64,000 nt of DNA, from assembly GCA_030704615.1 (NCBI GenBank), contig CM060731.1:60140001-60204000 (forward strand). The letters run 5' to 3'. Made by a program: the position numbers and the translations under genes. Shown here piece after piece: positions 12,921 through 25,894 of the stretch. The number at the start of each line of letters is the position of its first letter. The first letter of the stretch is position 1. This DNA is from Takakia lepidozioides (Eukaryota > Plantae > Bryophyta). Below the pieces are notes generated by a model. That model ran no database searches. It saw nothing but the letters and a program-made list of their open reading frames with translations, and had not been told where the DNA came from.

Positions 12921-15900
12921 CATTCACCTTGGGTACAATTCCAGCTTTGAAGATGTCGCCATGTGGACCTCTTTCCCCTTTTCCAAAGCTGCTAGGGCAG
13001 TGTTCAGATTGACATTTGGTACAATTCCAACTTTGATGATATCCCCATGCACCTCTTTGCCCTTCTCCAGGCCCGCTGCTAGGCTTGCACAAGCATTGCA
13101 AATGCACACAAACATGATATGTTTCCATTGCTCATAGGTCTCCAAAGCCTCCATTCCACATCCCTGCTGTGCATACCCTGCAAGCACATCATATCGCACT
13201 CCACGATGCCACATGTCGTTCAGCCATAGTGTCGAACACTCTCTTTGCATCCTAGATGCACCCACACTTTGCAAACATGTTCACCACGGTATTGTTCATA
13301 ATGTCATATGGTACAATTCCAGCTCTGAAGATGTCGCCATGCACATCTTTCCCCATTTCCAAAGTTGCCAGGGCAGTGTTTAGATTGACATTTGGCACGG
13401 TTCCAGCTTTGATGATGTCCCCATGTACCTCTTGCCCTTCTCCAGGACTGCCAGGCTTGCACGCACATTGCAAATGCACACAAACATGATGTGCTTCCCC
13501 CATCATTTGCTCATAGCTCTCCAAAGCCTCCATCCCACGTCCCTGCCGTGCATACCATGCAAGCATCGCACTCCACGACACCACATCTCGGTCAGCCATA
13601 GTGTCGAACACTCCCTTTGCATCCTAGATGCACCCACATTTTGCAAACATGTTCACCACGGTATTGTTCATAATGTCATCTGGTACAATTCTAGCTCTGA
13701 AGATGTCGCCATGCACATCTTTCCCCATTTCCAAAGCTGCCAGGGCAGTGCTTAGATTGACATTTGGCACAATTCCAGCTTTGATGATATCCCCATGCAC
13801 CTCTTGCCCTTCTCCAGGGCTGCCAGGCTTGCACGCACATTGCAAATGCACACAAACATGATGTGCTTCCCCCATCATTTGCTCATAGCTCTCCAAAGCC
13901 TCCATCCCACGTCCCTGCCATGCATACCATGCAAGCATCACACTCCACAACACCACATCTCGTTCAGCCATAGTGTCGAACACTCCCTTTGCATCCTAGA
14001 TGCACCCACATTTTACAAACATGTTCACCAAGGTTTTGTTCAGAATGACATTTGGTACAATTCCAACTCTGAAGATGTCGCCATGGACCTCTTTCCCCTT
14101 TTCCAAAGCTGCCAGGGCAGTGTTCAGATTGACATTTGGCACAATTCCAGCTTTGATGATATCCCATGCACCTCTTGCCCTTCTCCAGGCAGGCTGCCAG
14201 GCTTGCACGCACATTGCAAATGCACACAAACATGATGTGCTCCCCCATCATTTGCTCATAGCTCTCCAAAGCCTCCACCCACGTACCTGTCGTGCATACC
14301 CTACAAGCATCGCACTCCACGACACCACATCTTGTTCAGCCATAGTGTCGAACACTCCCTTTGCATCCTAGATGCACCCACATTTTACAAACATGTTCAC
14401 CAGGGTATTGTTCAGAATGACATCTTGTACAATTCCAACTCTGAAGATGTCGCCATGGACCTCTTTCCCCTTTTCCAGTGTTCAGATTGACATTTTGGCC
14501 ACAATTCCAGCTTTTGATGATATCCCCATGCACCTCTTGCCCTTCTCCAGGGTTGCCAGGCTTGCACAAGCATTGCAAATGCACACAATACATGATGTGC
14601 TTCCCCCATCCTTTGCTCCATAGGTCTCCAAGCCTCCATCCCACGTCCCTGCCGTGCATACCATGCAGCATCGCACTCCACGACACCACATCTCGTTCAG
14701 CCATAGTGTCGAACGCTCCCTTTGCATCCTAGATCCTAGATCCCTTTGCACCCACATTTTGGCAAAACATGTTCACCAAGGCAGGGTATGGTTCAGAATG
14801 GACATTTGGTACAAATTCCAGCTTTGATGATACACATGCCACCTCTTTGCCCTCGTTCCAGGCTCGATGCACCCACATTTCGCATACATGTCCACCAGGG
14901 GTATGGTTCAGACGACATTTGGTACAATTTCCGCTCTGAAGATGTCGCCATGGACCTCTTTCCCCTTTTTTCAGACTGCCCAGGGCAGTGTTCAAAAATG
15001 ACATTTGGAAACAATTCCAGCTTTGATGATATCCCCATACACCTCTTTGCCCTTGTCCAGGGCTGCCAGGCTGCACAAGCATTGCAAATGCACACAAAGT
15101 GGCCGGGGTTCACCCCCTCCTCACCAATTCATTGGATCATAGGTCTCCCAAAGCCTCCATCCCAAACATCGCACTCCACAAAACCAACATCTCATTCAGC
15201 CATAGTGTCGAAAAAACTCCCTTTGCATCCTCAATGCATCCACATTTGGCATACATGGTCCAGGTCAGGGCAATGTTCAGAATGACATCGGGGCAAAAAT
15301 TCAGCTTTGACCGATGCACCATGGAACCTCGTTCCCCGTTTCCAGGCTTGCACACGATTTGGCAACCCAGACAAACAAACGCATACAAACGCAATTTGGG
15401 TTGGGCTTCACCCCTTCGCGCATCATTGCTAAAGGTTTCCTCAAAGCATTCGTTACCACGCCCATGCTTGGTAATGCTTGCCAACATTAGAGGCCACGGG
15501 GAGCAAAGACGCATGGGGGGATCAGAAGTATTTATTATTTTATTCGCGTTGAAGCCGTTGCTATGTTCTGCATGGTTTGAACACTTGGTGATCATCCATG
15601 ATGCTCTCCTTAACATACATGTTGACAAGGTTGTTGAGTAGTGAAAAATGTTTGGCATGAATCCACTTTGGACACATGTGAGTGTGCACCTGCTTTCCAA
15701 TTGTAGGCCTTTCATCTTGATGCACTTATGCAAAGTACGTATCTACATATGTTGAAAAGGCCTCTTTGGTTTAAAATCTGTAGAGTCTCTTTTAGTCTGC
15801 CTGCCTCATAAAGCATCTTCAAATGCCATAAGTGCCAAAAGAGGCATTGTGGACAACTTCTCTTGATCCTCTTCCAGAAGCTGTGGTCATGGTTGAGGTG

Positions 15901-16290
15901 GCTGATTTTATCAACCGTGCCGCTACAGCTGTGTCGCTTCCAGCTAACCATCTACCCATGGAGGTTTCTTGTAGCTATCCTTCCACGGGGATCCATAGGT
16001 AATCTGGAGCTTGAAATCTGACCCTCTTGGATGATATGGACCACACCTCCATCCTGCTCCTTCAGCTATCACTGCCTTTGCACCAAATCATGCATAACAT
16101 CCTTGCCTTGTTGCCAATTGCGATCATCACACTCCACGACACCACATCTCGTTGAGCCACAGTTGAACCCTAACCTTCGCATCTTCAATGCTCCCACATT
16201 CGGCATACATGTCACCAGGGCGGACTGTTCAGAAGACAAACCCTACAATTCCAGCTTTCACGATTCACGATGTCACCATGGACCTTCCAT
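12921..16290 (-). pseudogene. Degenerate PLS-class PPR tract, with a further PDF half-motif near 15950-16040
   Basis: Repeated P (DVVSWSAMLAxYAxQGRGMEALE), L (HIMFVCICNACASLAALEKGKEVH) and S (NTLVNMFAKCGCI) motifs with stops and frameshifts; no E or DYW domain seen. Confidence 0.9.
13190..14735 (-). repeat. 372-bp tandem repeat of a PPR unit, ~4 copies
   Basis: CATCCTAGATGCACCCACA recurs with the TAG stop at 13252, 13624, 13996 and ~14368. Confidence 0.9.
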
Positions 16291-17553
16291 GTTACTTCCA
16301 GGTGGAAGGGTAGTACATATTAAAATATTCCCCAAGGCCACATATTCTCTAACCTGGTTTTTGTTGAAACACACGTCAGCAAATGGTGGCCCCGAGTTCA
16401 CGGGTGCCAAACAATGCACAGTGGGTTCATGGAGAGTCCGTGAAGTTCGACTACAATATCACTTTAATGAATAAAATATCTTTATTCCATTAATCAAATT
16501 ATGAATGAAAATTTCTAGTCGCGGTGTGCAGTAATTAGAACCACTTGTAATTTCCGCTTTTTCAAATTTTATGTATTTACATAATTAATTAAATAGCCCG
16601 ATTTTTGCTACGACTCCGGAGGCGTTGACCCCATTCTGCCCCGACGTCTGAAATCCCCGTGGGCCCTCATTGTCCGTTTCAACTCTCCAGTAGTCCCGCT
16701 TACTGCCAAGTGATTCCCGGAGTGGTTGGCGGACACCCAGTCGATTCGGAAAAGACACGAATGCTTATAGTGTGGTGGGGGGGGGGGTGGGGTGCTTTGG
16801 GTGCTTGTTGTGGGATAGATCCTAAGCAGTTGGGGGGGGCGGTTTTTGGTGGGTGTCTGCTGGGTTTTGGGCTGACCATTGGGGGGGTTGGGGAAGGGGG
16901 GTAAGAGGGCATGGCAGCTTGAAGGGGGAGGTTTCTTGGCTTGGGGGTGATCACACAATGGCCAGTCGGCACAATGGCCAGATTAGGGGGTTCAAGTCCC
17001 CCTCAGTCATATTAGCTCATGTTTTTTGAGTTATGTAATGATTTTTGAGTATGATTTCCCTGGTTCTTCTTTTTTGTTTTGGGGTTGTGGGAGCGGTTGG
17101 CCGTTGGCAGGTCATGGAGGCTGGAGGATGGGAGCGCTGAAAATGCAAGGTGGAGGGGCCCCCTGAATTACTTGGTTTGTGATGACGTGGGGCCGGATTT
17201 TTGGCCGGGAAAGGAAGGGGAAATGGGTCCCCACCGGCTCCGCAATCGTGGCCGGGTGTCTGTTGGGATTTATTTTATTTATTCAAGTAGGGGATTCAGT
17301 TTTTTGCCCATTCTTTTGCCTACAAACAGATTAAGGAATGTGGAATTTTTTTTTCCAGGGTAGTCGGTCGGTTAGGGCCTGAAAACAAAACAAACATGAC
17401 CAGAGGAATTGGATTCCCTCACAAATTGCCCCACATTTGGGTGGGATTGTGTTTTCCCATGAGAGAAATTGGGCATTTACCCCCATAAACAGGCTCGTCC
17501 TTGAAGGGTTAACATGGTCACAAGATGGAGTATCCATCCATCCAATGCAGTGA

Positions 17554-17815
17554 TTTTTATTTTTATTTTTTATTTTTATTTTTTTTTTTAAATTTTTTAA
17601 AGGGAAACAACTGGGAGCAACAGCTCACAAATCAGGCCCCTTGATAGAGAGAGAGGACAAAATAACCTCTCAGTAACCTCGCCGTAAGGCTTTCCGATTC
17701 GACACTGCGCAAGGAAGGGGGAGAAGAGCGTACTACACCCGTCACGTTGCAGGGTTTGGACCCCAGGGTCATTCGGATGGCACTCAGTGCACTTTACCAA
17801 CTAAGCTACTGACTG
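17554..17815 (-). mobile_element. tRNA-derived SINE
   Basis: Minus strand begins GTAGCTTAGTTGGTAAAG (A box), then GGGTCCAAACCC (degenerate B box), ~200 bp body and an A-rich tail (T-rich on + at 17554-17597); no TSD found. Confidence 0.7.
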
Positions 17816-18639
17816 TTGTTGTCATTTGTGTTGTCATATATAATAAACTAGGGCTTCGAGTTGCTCCGCACTACTAGCGACGACTTCTTCACTTCGTTTA
17901 TATTTTATCTGGATTTTGTCTGTCCGCATTAACATTTTGTTTTTCCATATTATTTGAAATTATACATATGTTTTTTTGGTTTTATGCTGGACATTAGCAT
18001 TTTGTACAGCGGAATGCTGCATAGGTCAGTACACATCCCCAGGACCCAATAAAAACTCATTTTGTAGAAAGACCATACAACAATCATTGGCTGCCATCAT
18101 TAAGTTCCAGCAAAATTTTAGGTTCAACATGAAAGTCAGTTTGCTTACCACTGCAATGCCAACAAAAACTCCAGACCTAAAGTGGAAAGTATGAATAAAA
18201 GAGCACATGTAAGGAGTGCCACCAAATTTGGACTCTCAACATCTTGAAGAGACATAACTAGCAGCTAGACCTCTTCACTAATTTCATCAATTATTAGGAC
18301 CAACAAAAGTACTGACAAACTTTCTGAAGAATGGGTGTACTAATCTCTGGAAATCTTACTTCACCCAACTCCGTCTCCGTAAAACTTCCTGTCACAATTA
18401 CATGCCTGACACGTGCTTTGTATTGCATGATGTGGGAGAGGAGGAAAAGGAATTTTCTGTTTGCCACCACAGTGGCTGGCCATTTGTTTTGTGTCTGGAG
18501 ATGAAGGTAGTGGATCTGCCAACATCCAGTCCAACAGGTGAAGTCCTGGAAGAACGGGAAGAGGAGATTTCAAGTACCTGAATATTAGGCAAGAGGAACT
18601 GACCCTGCTAAGATGAAGTTGACTTGGAAGTTAACTTGG

Positions 18640-18994
18640 AAAGCTGACGTGTCCAAGGCCATGTTGGAAGAGTGCAGAATGTCCGAACAACAGTTAGGCA
18701 TAAAACCCTAAACTCATTTCCGGTTTGTGACATGGATGGGTGAAGGGCAGCCTTGACACTACTGTAATTTTAACTCAGGGTGGGGAGTGTACTTTTGAAC
18801 AATAAGCGGATGCAGAGAGGAAAGGGAGACTGTCAATGCCTGGTGTGCAGACGGCTTGAAGATAATATCCATTTTCTGTGCCATTTCATTTCATTCTCTT
18901 TCTTTTCCTGCATCGGGAGGACTGCCTATGCCCAGCTTGCACCAGACGTAACCAGGAAACTGAAACTGAAGAACACTTCTTTTAGTGCCCTCTT
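18640..18994 (+). mobile_element. Old diverged LINE 3' fragment
   Basis: QRGKGDCQCLVCRRLEDNIHFL aligns by eye with QRGKGECNCLLCGQSEDSIHFL of the young LINE; boundaries approximate. Confidence 0.75.
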
Positions 18995-21900
18995 ATGAGA
19001 TCTGTGGGAGATTCCATTGTTCATGGTGAAGCCCAACCACATCACGTTTGGTTGCATTTGCAATGCGTATGCAGCCTGGGAGCCCTGGAAAAGGGGAAAG
19101 AGGTCCATGATGACCTCGTCAAAGCTGGAATTGTACCATATGTCATTCTGAACACTGCCTTGGTGGACAATATGTATGCCAAATGTGGGTGCATTAAAGA
19201 TGCAAAGGCAGTTTTCAACAATATGCAGGCTGAATGAGATGTGGTGTTGTGGAGCGCGATGCTTGCAGGGTATGCACAGCAGGGACATGGGGTAAAGGCT
19301 TTGGATACCTAGGAGCCAATGATGGGGGAAGGGGTGAAGCCCAACCACATCACGTTCGTTTGCGTTTGCAATGTGTGTGCGAGTCTGGCAGCCCTGGAAA
19401 AGGGCAAAGAGGCCCATGGCGACATCGTCAAAGCTAGAATTGTACCAGATGTCATTCTGAACAATGCCCTGGTGGACATGCATGCCAAATGTGGGTGCAT
19501 TAAGGATGCAAAGGCAGTTTTCAAGGAGGCATTTCAGCAGATTCAGATACGTATGTCTGTCTCTTGCATAGGTGCAAGATGAAAGGTCTTGAAACTGGAA
19601 AGCAGGCGCACACTCACATTATCCAAAGTGGATTTAACAAACTACTCAACATCCTTGTCAACATGTATGTTAAGTGCGGGAGCATCATGGATGCTCACCA
19701 AGTGTTCAACGGAATTCCTCAACCATCTTTGATCACGTGGAATATAATGTTGGCGGGGTGTACCAAGCATGGGTGTGGTATGAATGCTTTGGAAACCTAT
19801 GAGCAAATGATGGGGGAAGGGGTGAAGCCCAACCACATTACGTTTTTGTGCATTTGCAGTGCATGTGCAAGCCTGGCAGCCCTGAAAAAGGGCAAAGAGG
19901 TCCATGACGACATCGTCAGAGCTGGAATTGTACCAGATGTCATCCTGAACAATACCCTGGTGGACATGTATGCCAAATGTGGGAGCATCGAGCATCCAAA
20001 GGGAGTGTTCGACAATATGACGGAACGAGATGTGGTGTCGTGGAGTGCGATGTTCGCAGGATATGCACAGCAGGGGCGCGGGTTGGAGGCTTTGGAGACG
20101 TATGATCAACAACCTAAGAGGCAGAGGAAAGCAATCACATTAGAAGCAAAACTATTGGCTACGAGGCAGCCAGAGGAAGAAGTTACTCATACTCTTGTGC
20201 AAGAAGGGGCACAGCAGCACAGAGAGATGTGGGTACAAACAACGCAACCTGTGGAGAGAGAACAGGAGGTAATTTCAGTATCACAGCCATCCCAGCCAGA
20301 TGATCGGCTTGTCACAGAGTTACCACAAGTTGTCCATGCAGTTCCACCACAAATAATTCATTTAGAGAAAGAATGGTTAGATATCCCCACTACAGAACAG
20401 GTGGTGGCAGAAATTGAGAAGGGGACCTTCTTTAGGAGATGGGAGTGTTTGAGACAGCAACCACTGCCATAGAAGAGCAAGGTTCTTCACAGGGTGCAAA
20501 GGGGTGAAACCCAACCACATCATGTTTGTGTGCGTTTGCAATGCATGTGCAAGCCTGACAGCCCTGGAAAAGGGCAAAGAGGTGCATGGCGACATCGTCA
20601 GAGCTGAAATTGTACCAGATGTGATCCTGAACAATACCCTGGTGGACATGTATGCCAAATGTGGGAGCATCGAGCATGCAAAGGGGAGTGTTCGACCATA
20701 TGGCTGAACGAAATGTGGTGTCGTGGAACACAATGCTCGCAGAATATGCACAGCAGGGGCGCGGGATGGTGGCTTTGGAGACGTATGAGCAAACGATGTG
20801 CGAAGGGGTGAAGCCCGACCACATCACGTTTGTGTGCATTTGCAATCCGTGTGCGGAAGCACTTTGTGTATCTGTATGTTGCCACTACCGTTGAACTGTC
20901 TCGATGGGTTTTATCATAGCTTGTTTGTTCATGTGTCTGAACATCTCGTAAGCGTGAGATAAACTTCAAGTAAAACTTCTTTAGTAGAATGGGTGCAAAG
21001 GCTGGAATTGTATTAGATGTCATTGTGAACAATACCCTCGTGGACATGTTTGCCAAATGTGGAAGTCATTTCAGCAGATTCATATACGTTTGTCAAGATG
21101 AAAGGTCTAGAAGCTGGAAAGCAAGTGCACACTCACATTATCCAAAGTGGATTCATGCCAAGGATGCGAAGGGAGTTTTCAACACTATGGCTGAACAAGA
21201 TGTGGTGTCGTGGCATGCTATTCTTGCAGGGTATGCACAGCAGGGACGTGGGTTGGTGGCTTTGGAAACCTATGATCAATTGATGGGGGAAGGGGTGAAG
21301 GCCAACCACATCACGTTTGTTTGTGATTGAAATGCTTGTGCAAGCCTGATAGCCCTGGAAAAAGGCAAAGAGGTCCATGGTTGCATCGCGAAAGCTGCAA
21401 TTGTACCAAATGCGAAGGGAGTTTTCAATTGCTGAACAAGATGTTGTGTCGTGGCACGCGATGCTTGCAGGGTATGCACAACAGGACGTGGGATGGTGGC
21501 TTTGGAGACCTATGATCAAATGATGGGGGAAGGGGTGAAGCCCAAACACATCATGTTTGTGTGTGATTGCAATGCATGTGCAAGCCTGGCAGCCCTGGAA
21601 AATGGCAAAGAGGTCCATGGTTGCATCGCGAAAGCTGGAATTGTACCAGATGTCATTCTGAACGATACCCTGGTGGACATGTCTGCCAAATGTGGGAGAC
21701 ATTTCATCAGATTCAGATACGTTTGTCTGTCTCTTGCTTAAGTGCATCGAAATGAAAGGTCTGGAAATTGGAGACCTATGATCAAATGATGGGGGAGGGG
21801 TGAACCCTAACCACATCACGTTTGTGTGTGATTGCAATGCTTGTGCAAGTCTGGCAGCCCTGGAAAAGGGCAAAGAGGTCCATGGTGACATTGTCAAATC

Positions 21901-22105
21901 TGGAATTTACCAGATGTCATTCTGAACTCTTCCCTCATGGACATGTATGCCAAATGTGGGAGGCATTTCAGCAGATTCAGATACGTTTGTCTGTCTCTTG
22001 CTTAAGTATATCAAGATGAAAGGTCTGAATGCTGGAAAGCAGGTGCACACTCACATTATCCAAAGAGGATTCACGCCGAGGATGCAAAGGTAGTTTTCGA
22101 CACCA
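18995..22105 (+). pseudogene. Second scrambled PLS-class PPR cluster, same family as the transposon cargo
   Basis: Many P/L/S motifs (GVKPNHITF, NTLVDMYAKCGS, DVVSWSAM) with frameshifts, rearrangements and two foreign inserts (~20110-20490, ~20850-20990). Confidence 0.9.
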
Positions 22106-22448
22106 CTACAACAGATTGCGGCTTTTACGACTCTGTGTTATGACTGCAAATGCAGTTATGAAAGCCATTTACGACTTCATGACTCTGCAGTCGTAAAACC
22201 CTAGTCAGTTGTGGCATGGCAGATATGACTCGCCAGCCTGGCTGTGACGTGGCGCCTGAGCAGCTGTGGGGGTCCTCTGCCCCAGGCTGTCTATTAAAAA
22301 ACAAAAGCCCAAAAATAACAAACAATAAAAAGAGTAGCGTGTGTGTATTCAAGCTTTGTGTGGGGAAGGGGAGGGTTGCACCAGCCTGCCCTGCCCCGTA
22401 AGTAGTGTAGCAAGGAAGATTGTGGCTTGGCATTCAGCGAAAGCGAGG

Positions 22449-22457
22449 GAGAGAGAG

Positions 22458-22509
<52 letters not shown>
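22449..22509 (+). repeat. (GA)n microsatellite, ~30 units, upstream of the PXA gene
   Basis: Direct reading; one interruption at 22460. Confidence 0.97.
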
Positions 22510-22513
<4 letters not shown>

Positions 22514-25448
22514 AAGTTCGGGGCTGGACCGTTTTGAGAGTGCAGGCATGCCTTCCAGGGAAGTGTTCCGGATTTCAGAGAGGACTTGATGTTGTTATTG
22601 GTAGGGTCGGGGGTCAGTGGAGATAGTACATGTGTTTGTTGTAATTTGAAGTATCCAATCTCTGTGGTTACGGGAATGCAAATTTCAAAGGAGTAATTGA
22701 CTCCAGAAGAGGCGGATCTATTAAATTTCGAAATCAAAGGGGAGAGCGAGAGTAAGCATGGAGGAGGCAGCATGATTTACGCATCGGGGTTGGAGGTATC
22801 AGTGGCCTGGTTATCTCCCAGGGAGAAATAGGTTGCTCATCAACCATGCATTTGGTCATTTTGTCGCCATATCAAATAGAGCGGAGACCGCCTGATTTGT
22901 TCCCATCTGGAGATCGTCGAAACCCTAGGTTTAGAAGCGACATTGATAAGTTGATACTACAGTTGTTGAGTTGGCAGAGATCAAAGTTGACAGGACAAGA
23001 ATCAGAACTATCGAGTTACTGGAACATAAGCACACCTTCATGTGAATAGCCATTTCTGTAGAAGCCATGGAGACGTTGCAAGATTTGCTGGAAGAGGCGA
23101 AGCGAAGGACAATTCTGGCGGGAATCTGTGTCGTCAGCCTCGCTTATCTGATGTCATGTACATCGTTTTAAACCTCACACCCAAAAATTTGTTTCCATTT
23201 GGCCTTTCTGTTGGTCACGAGTTTTCGTGGATATTGGTGGCATTGTTCAAGTCTAAAGTTCAGGCAAGTTTCCACTATTTCTCCTATAAAACAGTTTACT
23301 AAATTGTCAGAATTTTAAAGATCACACGAACCTGGGAACTCAATTCATATTTATTTTACAATTTTAACGCCAATATGTAACCTCGGCCAGTCAATAAACT
23401 CTTCCTGTGACCTAGAGGAGTGTTAAACCTGAATGGTTTTGGAGGAGTGAATAATTGGAATACCTGCAATGCTTTTTGCATTCAACATCATGCTTTTTAG
23501 TGTGGTGTCAATTCCAGCCTTGAATGAACATGAAATCCCTTTGTGAGCAGATTGTTGTCACTTGTGCACAAGTGCTATGGGAATTTGAAGCTGAGTTTCT
23601 TCACCCAGGTGTGTGTGGTCTCTATGGGATGTCCAGTATCCGGCAGAGGGAATCCACAGAAGCCATGTTCACAGAGACTAGCCACTGAGTACATCCATCC
23701 TGGCATTTCCCTTTGAGCTGACTCTTTCCCTTCTTTCAGCTGGGGGACCTCTCCTCCTGCTGCACCTGCTACTTGAACAAGTATCTCCGAGAGTTGGGGC
23801 TTGAAATTTGACATTCTCCTTTTCTGTGTCCTTTCTGCAGTGACAAGCAGTTCAGTTTGGATCAACATACCTGTTGCTATTCTTGTAATTGCTGTAATGC
23901 GCCGCATTTCTTTTGAGATTGAAGTGCGATGGAGAGCTCCAGTCTATGAGGGCCCATCCCATCTGCACGGTCTACATCGCCGCCAGCTTGCTCCCAGTAA
24001 CCGCCTTCTCTCGGCAACGACTAACATGGCCAAAAACAGGTGAAGTTGTGGGACTGTACAACATGTGGCTTCCTCTATGTGAGTAATAGACATATGAATC
24101 TTCAATGCTTTGTGGTGCAGTTCACTTTCAAGGCTGCAGTATTTCATCCCTTCTTTGTGCACTCATCATATGTGCCTGTCAGAACAGGTGGCGCTGCGGC
24201 ATTGATTCTCCAGTTGTTGAGGAAGCTGTGGATGAGCTGACAAGGTGTGTGGTTGATGAGTGGGTCACCAATCTCTGGTACTCATCTATCACCCCTGACC
24301 AGGATGTTCCCGAAGAGCTGCGGATCCTCATCAATGGTGTGATTGCTGAAGTCTCACAGCGGGCCAAGCGGGTGAACCTTATCACACTTCTTTCCAGGTA
24401 TGGTGGGTGGACCTTTTCAATTGGTTACCATTCAATTGGAAGTGTGGAGTCTCCTCTGCAGGACAACTAGTCTGCTACATACAAGTAGCTCATCGCTCAT
24501 AATGCCCGTAGATGGAGGCCTCATCTGCAACTGAATCCTCTATAATTACAACTGCAGGAGATCAGAGTTTACCTCTTGCTGTGAAGATATAGTTTGTTGG
24601 TGGATGTCAGGACTTTTATTTCTTCATCCACCTGCACAGAGTGGGTCAAGATATGTGGTGTGGTTTGTATGAACTTTAACATCCAACTTCCGTTGGAACA
24701 ATGCAGGGATATTGTTGACTTAGTAGGGAGCCATCTAGAGCTTTACCGCCGCATGCAGGAAAGGATCGGCCGCAATGTCTTAGGAACACTCTCTTCTGAA
24801 GAGAGGGATGAGAAGCTAAGAGAGGTGTTGATCTCTGGTCGGGAATTGCACCCTGCCCTCATCTCTCCTGATGCGGAACACAAGGTGAGGTGAATTTCTT
24901 GGATACTAATTTGCACTGGAGCACGTTGACATTGCATGTTCTGGAGCCAATGTCAAGTGGCATCTAGGAACCTCCATGTTAAGGAGGAAAATGTATTCTT
25001 TATACCATGTTCTTTGTTATATATGGTTGATGGGGAAGAGAAAGAAAGAAAAAAATGTCCCTTGTGGAAGTCATCCATCAACAGCACCCCAACTACCATA
25101 CGTCCATCAACATCCTTTTGGATTTGCTCCCAATCGAAAGAGGAAGTGTGAACCTCTCTTCAGGTATTGCAGCAGCTTACAGCAGGCGTGGTCTCATTAG
25201 TGCGGAAGCCACAGGATGACAGTGTCAGTTGCTGAGCTTAGCACGAGAGCTGCTGGCATGTGCAGTGTTGCGACCTGTTCTCAACTTTGCCTGCCCTAGG
25301 TGGGTATGCTGCACGACCTGTCTTAAGTCTTCTCTTGTTTTGAAAGTGCACAAATTGAGCACCTTGGCGTTTGTTTGACATGAAAGCCCCACCATTTTGG
25401 TTTCCATGAGCTTTTTTGGGTATGTAAGTGATGGTTAGTAAAGTGTGG

Positions 25449-25611
25449 GGATATCTGGAAAACCCGGATTAATTCTATATATGAAGGTAAGTCTTACTAC
25501 CAACGTCAGCCCCTGACAGAGGTAGGTTCTGTCCCTTTTGTTTCCGCTCAATCTGGGCGCGGGGTCAATGGCCACAAGGCTACGGCAAACAACGTCTTAT
25601 GAGTACAATCT
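25449..25611 (+). mobile_element. ~160-bp extreme 3' fragment of the same LINE, in an intron
   Basis: Near-identical to 29225-29387 (GATATCTGGAAAACCCGG...TGAGTACAATCT). Confidence 0.9.
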
Positions 25612-25894
25612 ATTCAATCCATGTCGATATCTTTCCTCTGGAAAAATCATATTTCTGATGGATTTAGTTATACAGACTGAAGCCTGCTTGTCAAACCTAA
25701 ATTGCGTCACGGTCATTATTGCTGTTGATTGCAGATTTATCAATGAGATATTGAGTCACTTGCTGTAGCTTCAGCAAAACAGAAGGCACAATGGGCCAAC
25801 CAAGCACCTAATTCAGAAGCATCTGAATCTACAAGCACCAGATCACATGCCGTGGAGCGACTCCCTCCAAGATAGCCCTCTCTCTGTGGCCTCG

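Larger units (their letters stand above)
1..14000 (+). repeat. Large direct duplication, copy 1 (partner 49989-64000)
   Basis: Colinear near-identity; position 1 corresponds to 49989; duplicated ORF set in the ORF track. Confidence 0.97.
4421..17508 (+). mobile_element. piggyBac-superfamily DNA transposon, 13.1 kb, enclosing host-derived sequence
   Basis: TTAA (4417-4420) then CCCTTCAAGGACGAG (4421-4435); CTCGTCCTTGAAGGG (17494-17508) then TTAA (17509-17512); internal piggyBac transposase. Confidence 0.9.

Noticed and set aside
13252-14370. Recurrent TAG codons repaired by U-to-C RNA editing or read-through
   Set aside because: Such editing is organellar whereas this locus is nuclear, and frameshifts accompany the stops
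14740-15650. Rapidly diverged PPR variant
   Set aside because: Dense scattered indels look like low-quality consensus, so no biological inference was drawn
16985-17005. tRNA T-arm-like GGGGGTTCAAGTCCCCC
   Set aside because: Isolated hairpin with no A box or acceptor stem
17740-17815. tRNA gene
   Set aside because: A and B boxes are present but no convincing cloverleaf; body plus A-rich tail fit a SINE
11177-22105. Complete PLS-E/DYW RNA editing factor
   Set aside because: No E motifs, PG box or HxE..CxxC deaminase signature seen; no long intact ORF
22294-22773. ORFs with RERERE or SLSLSL tracts
   Set aside because: Translation of the (GA)n microsatellite
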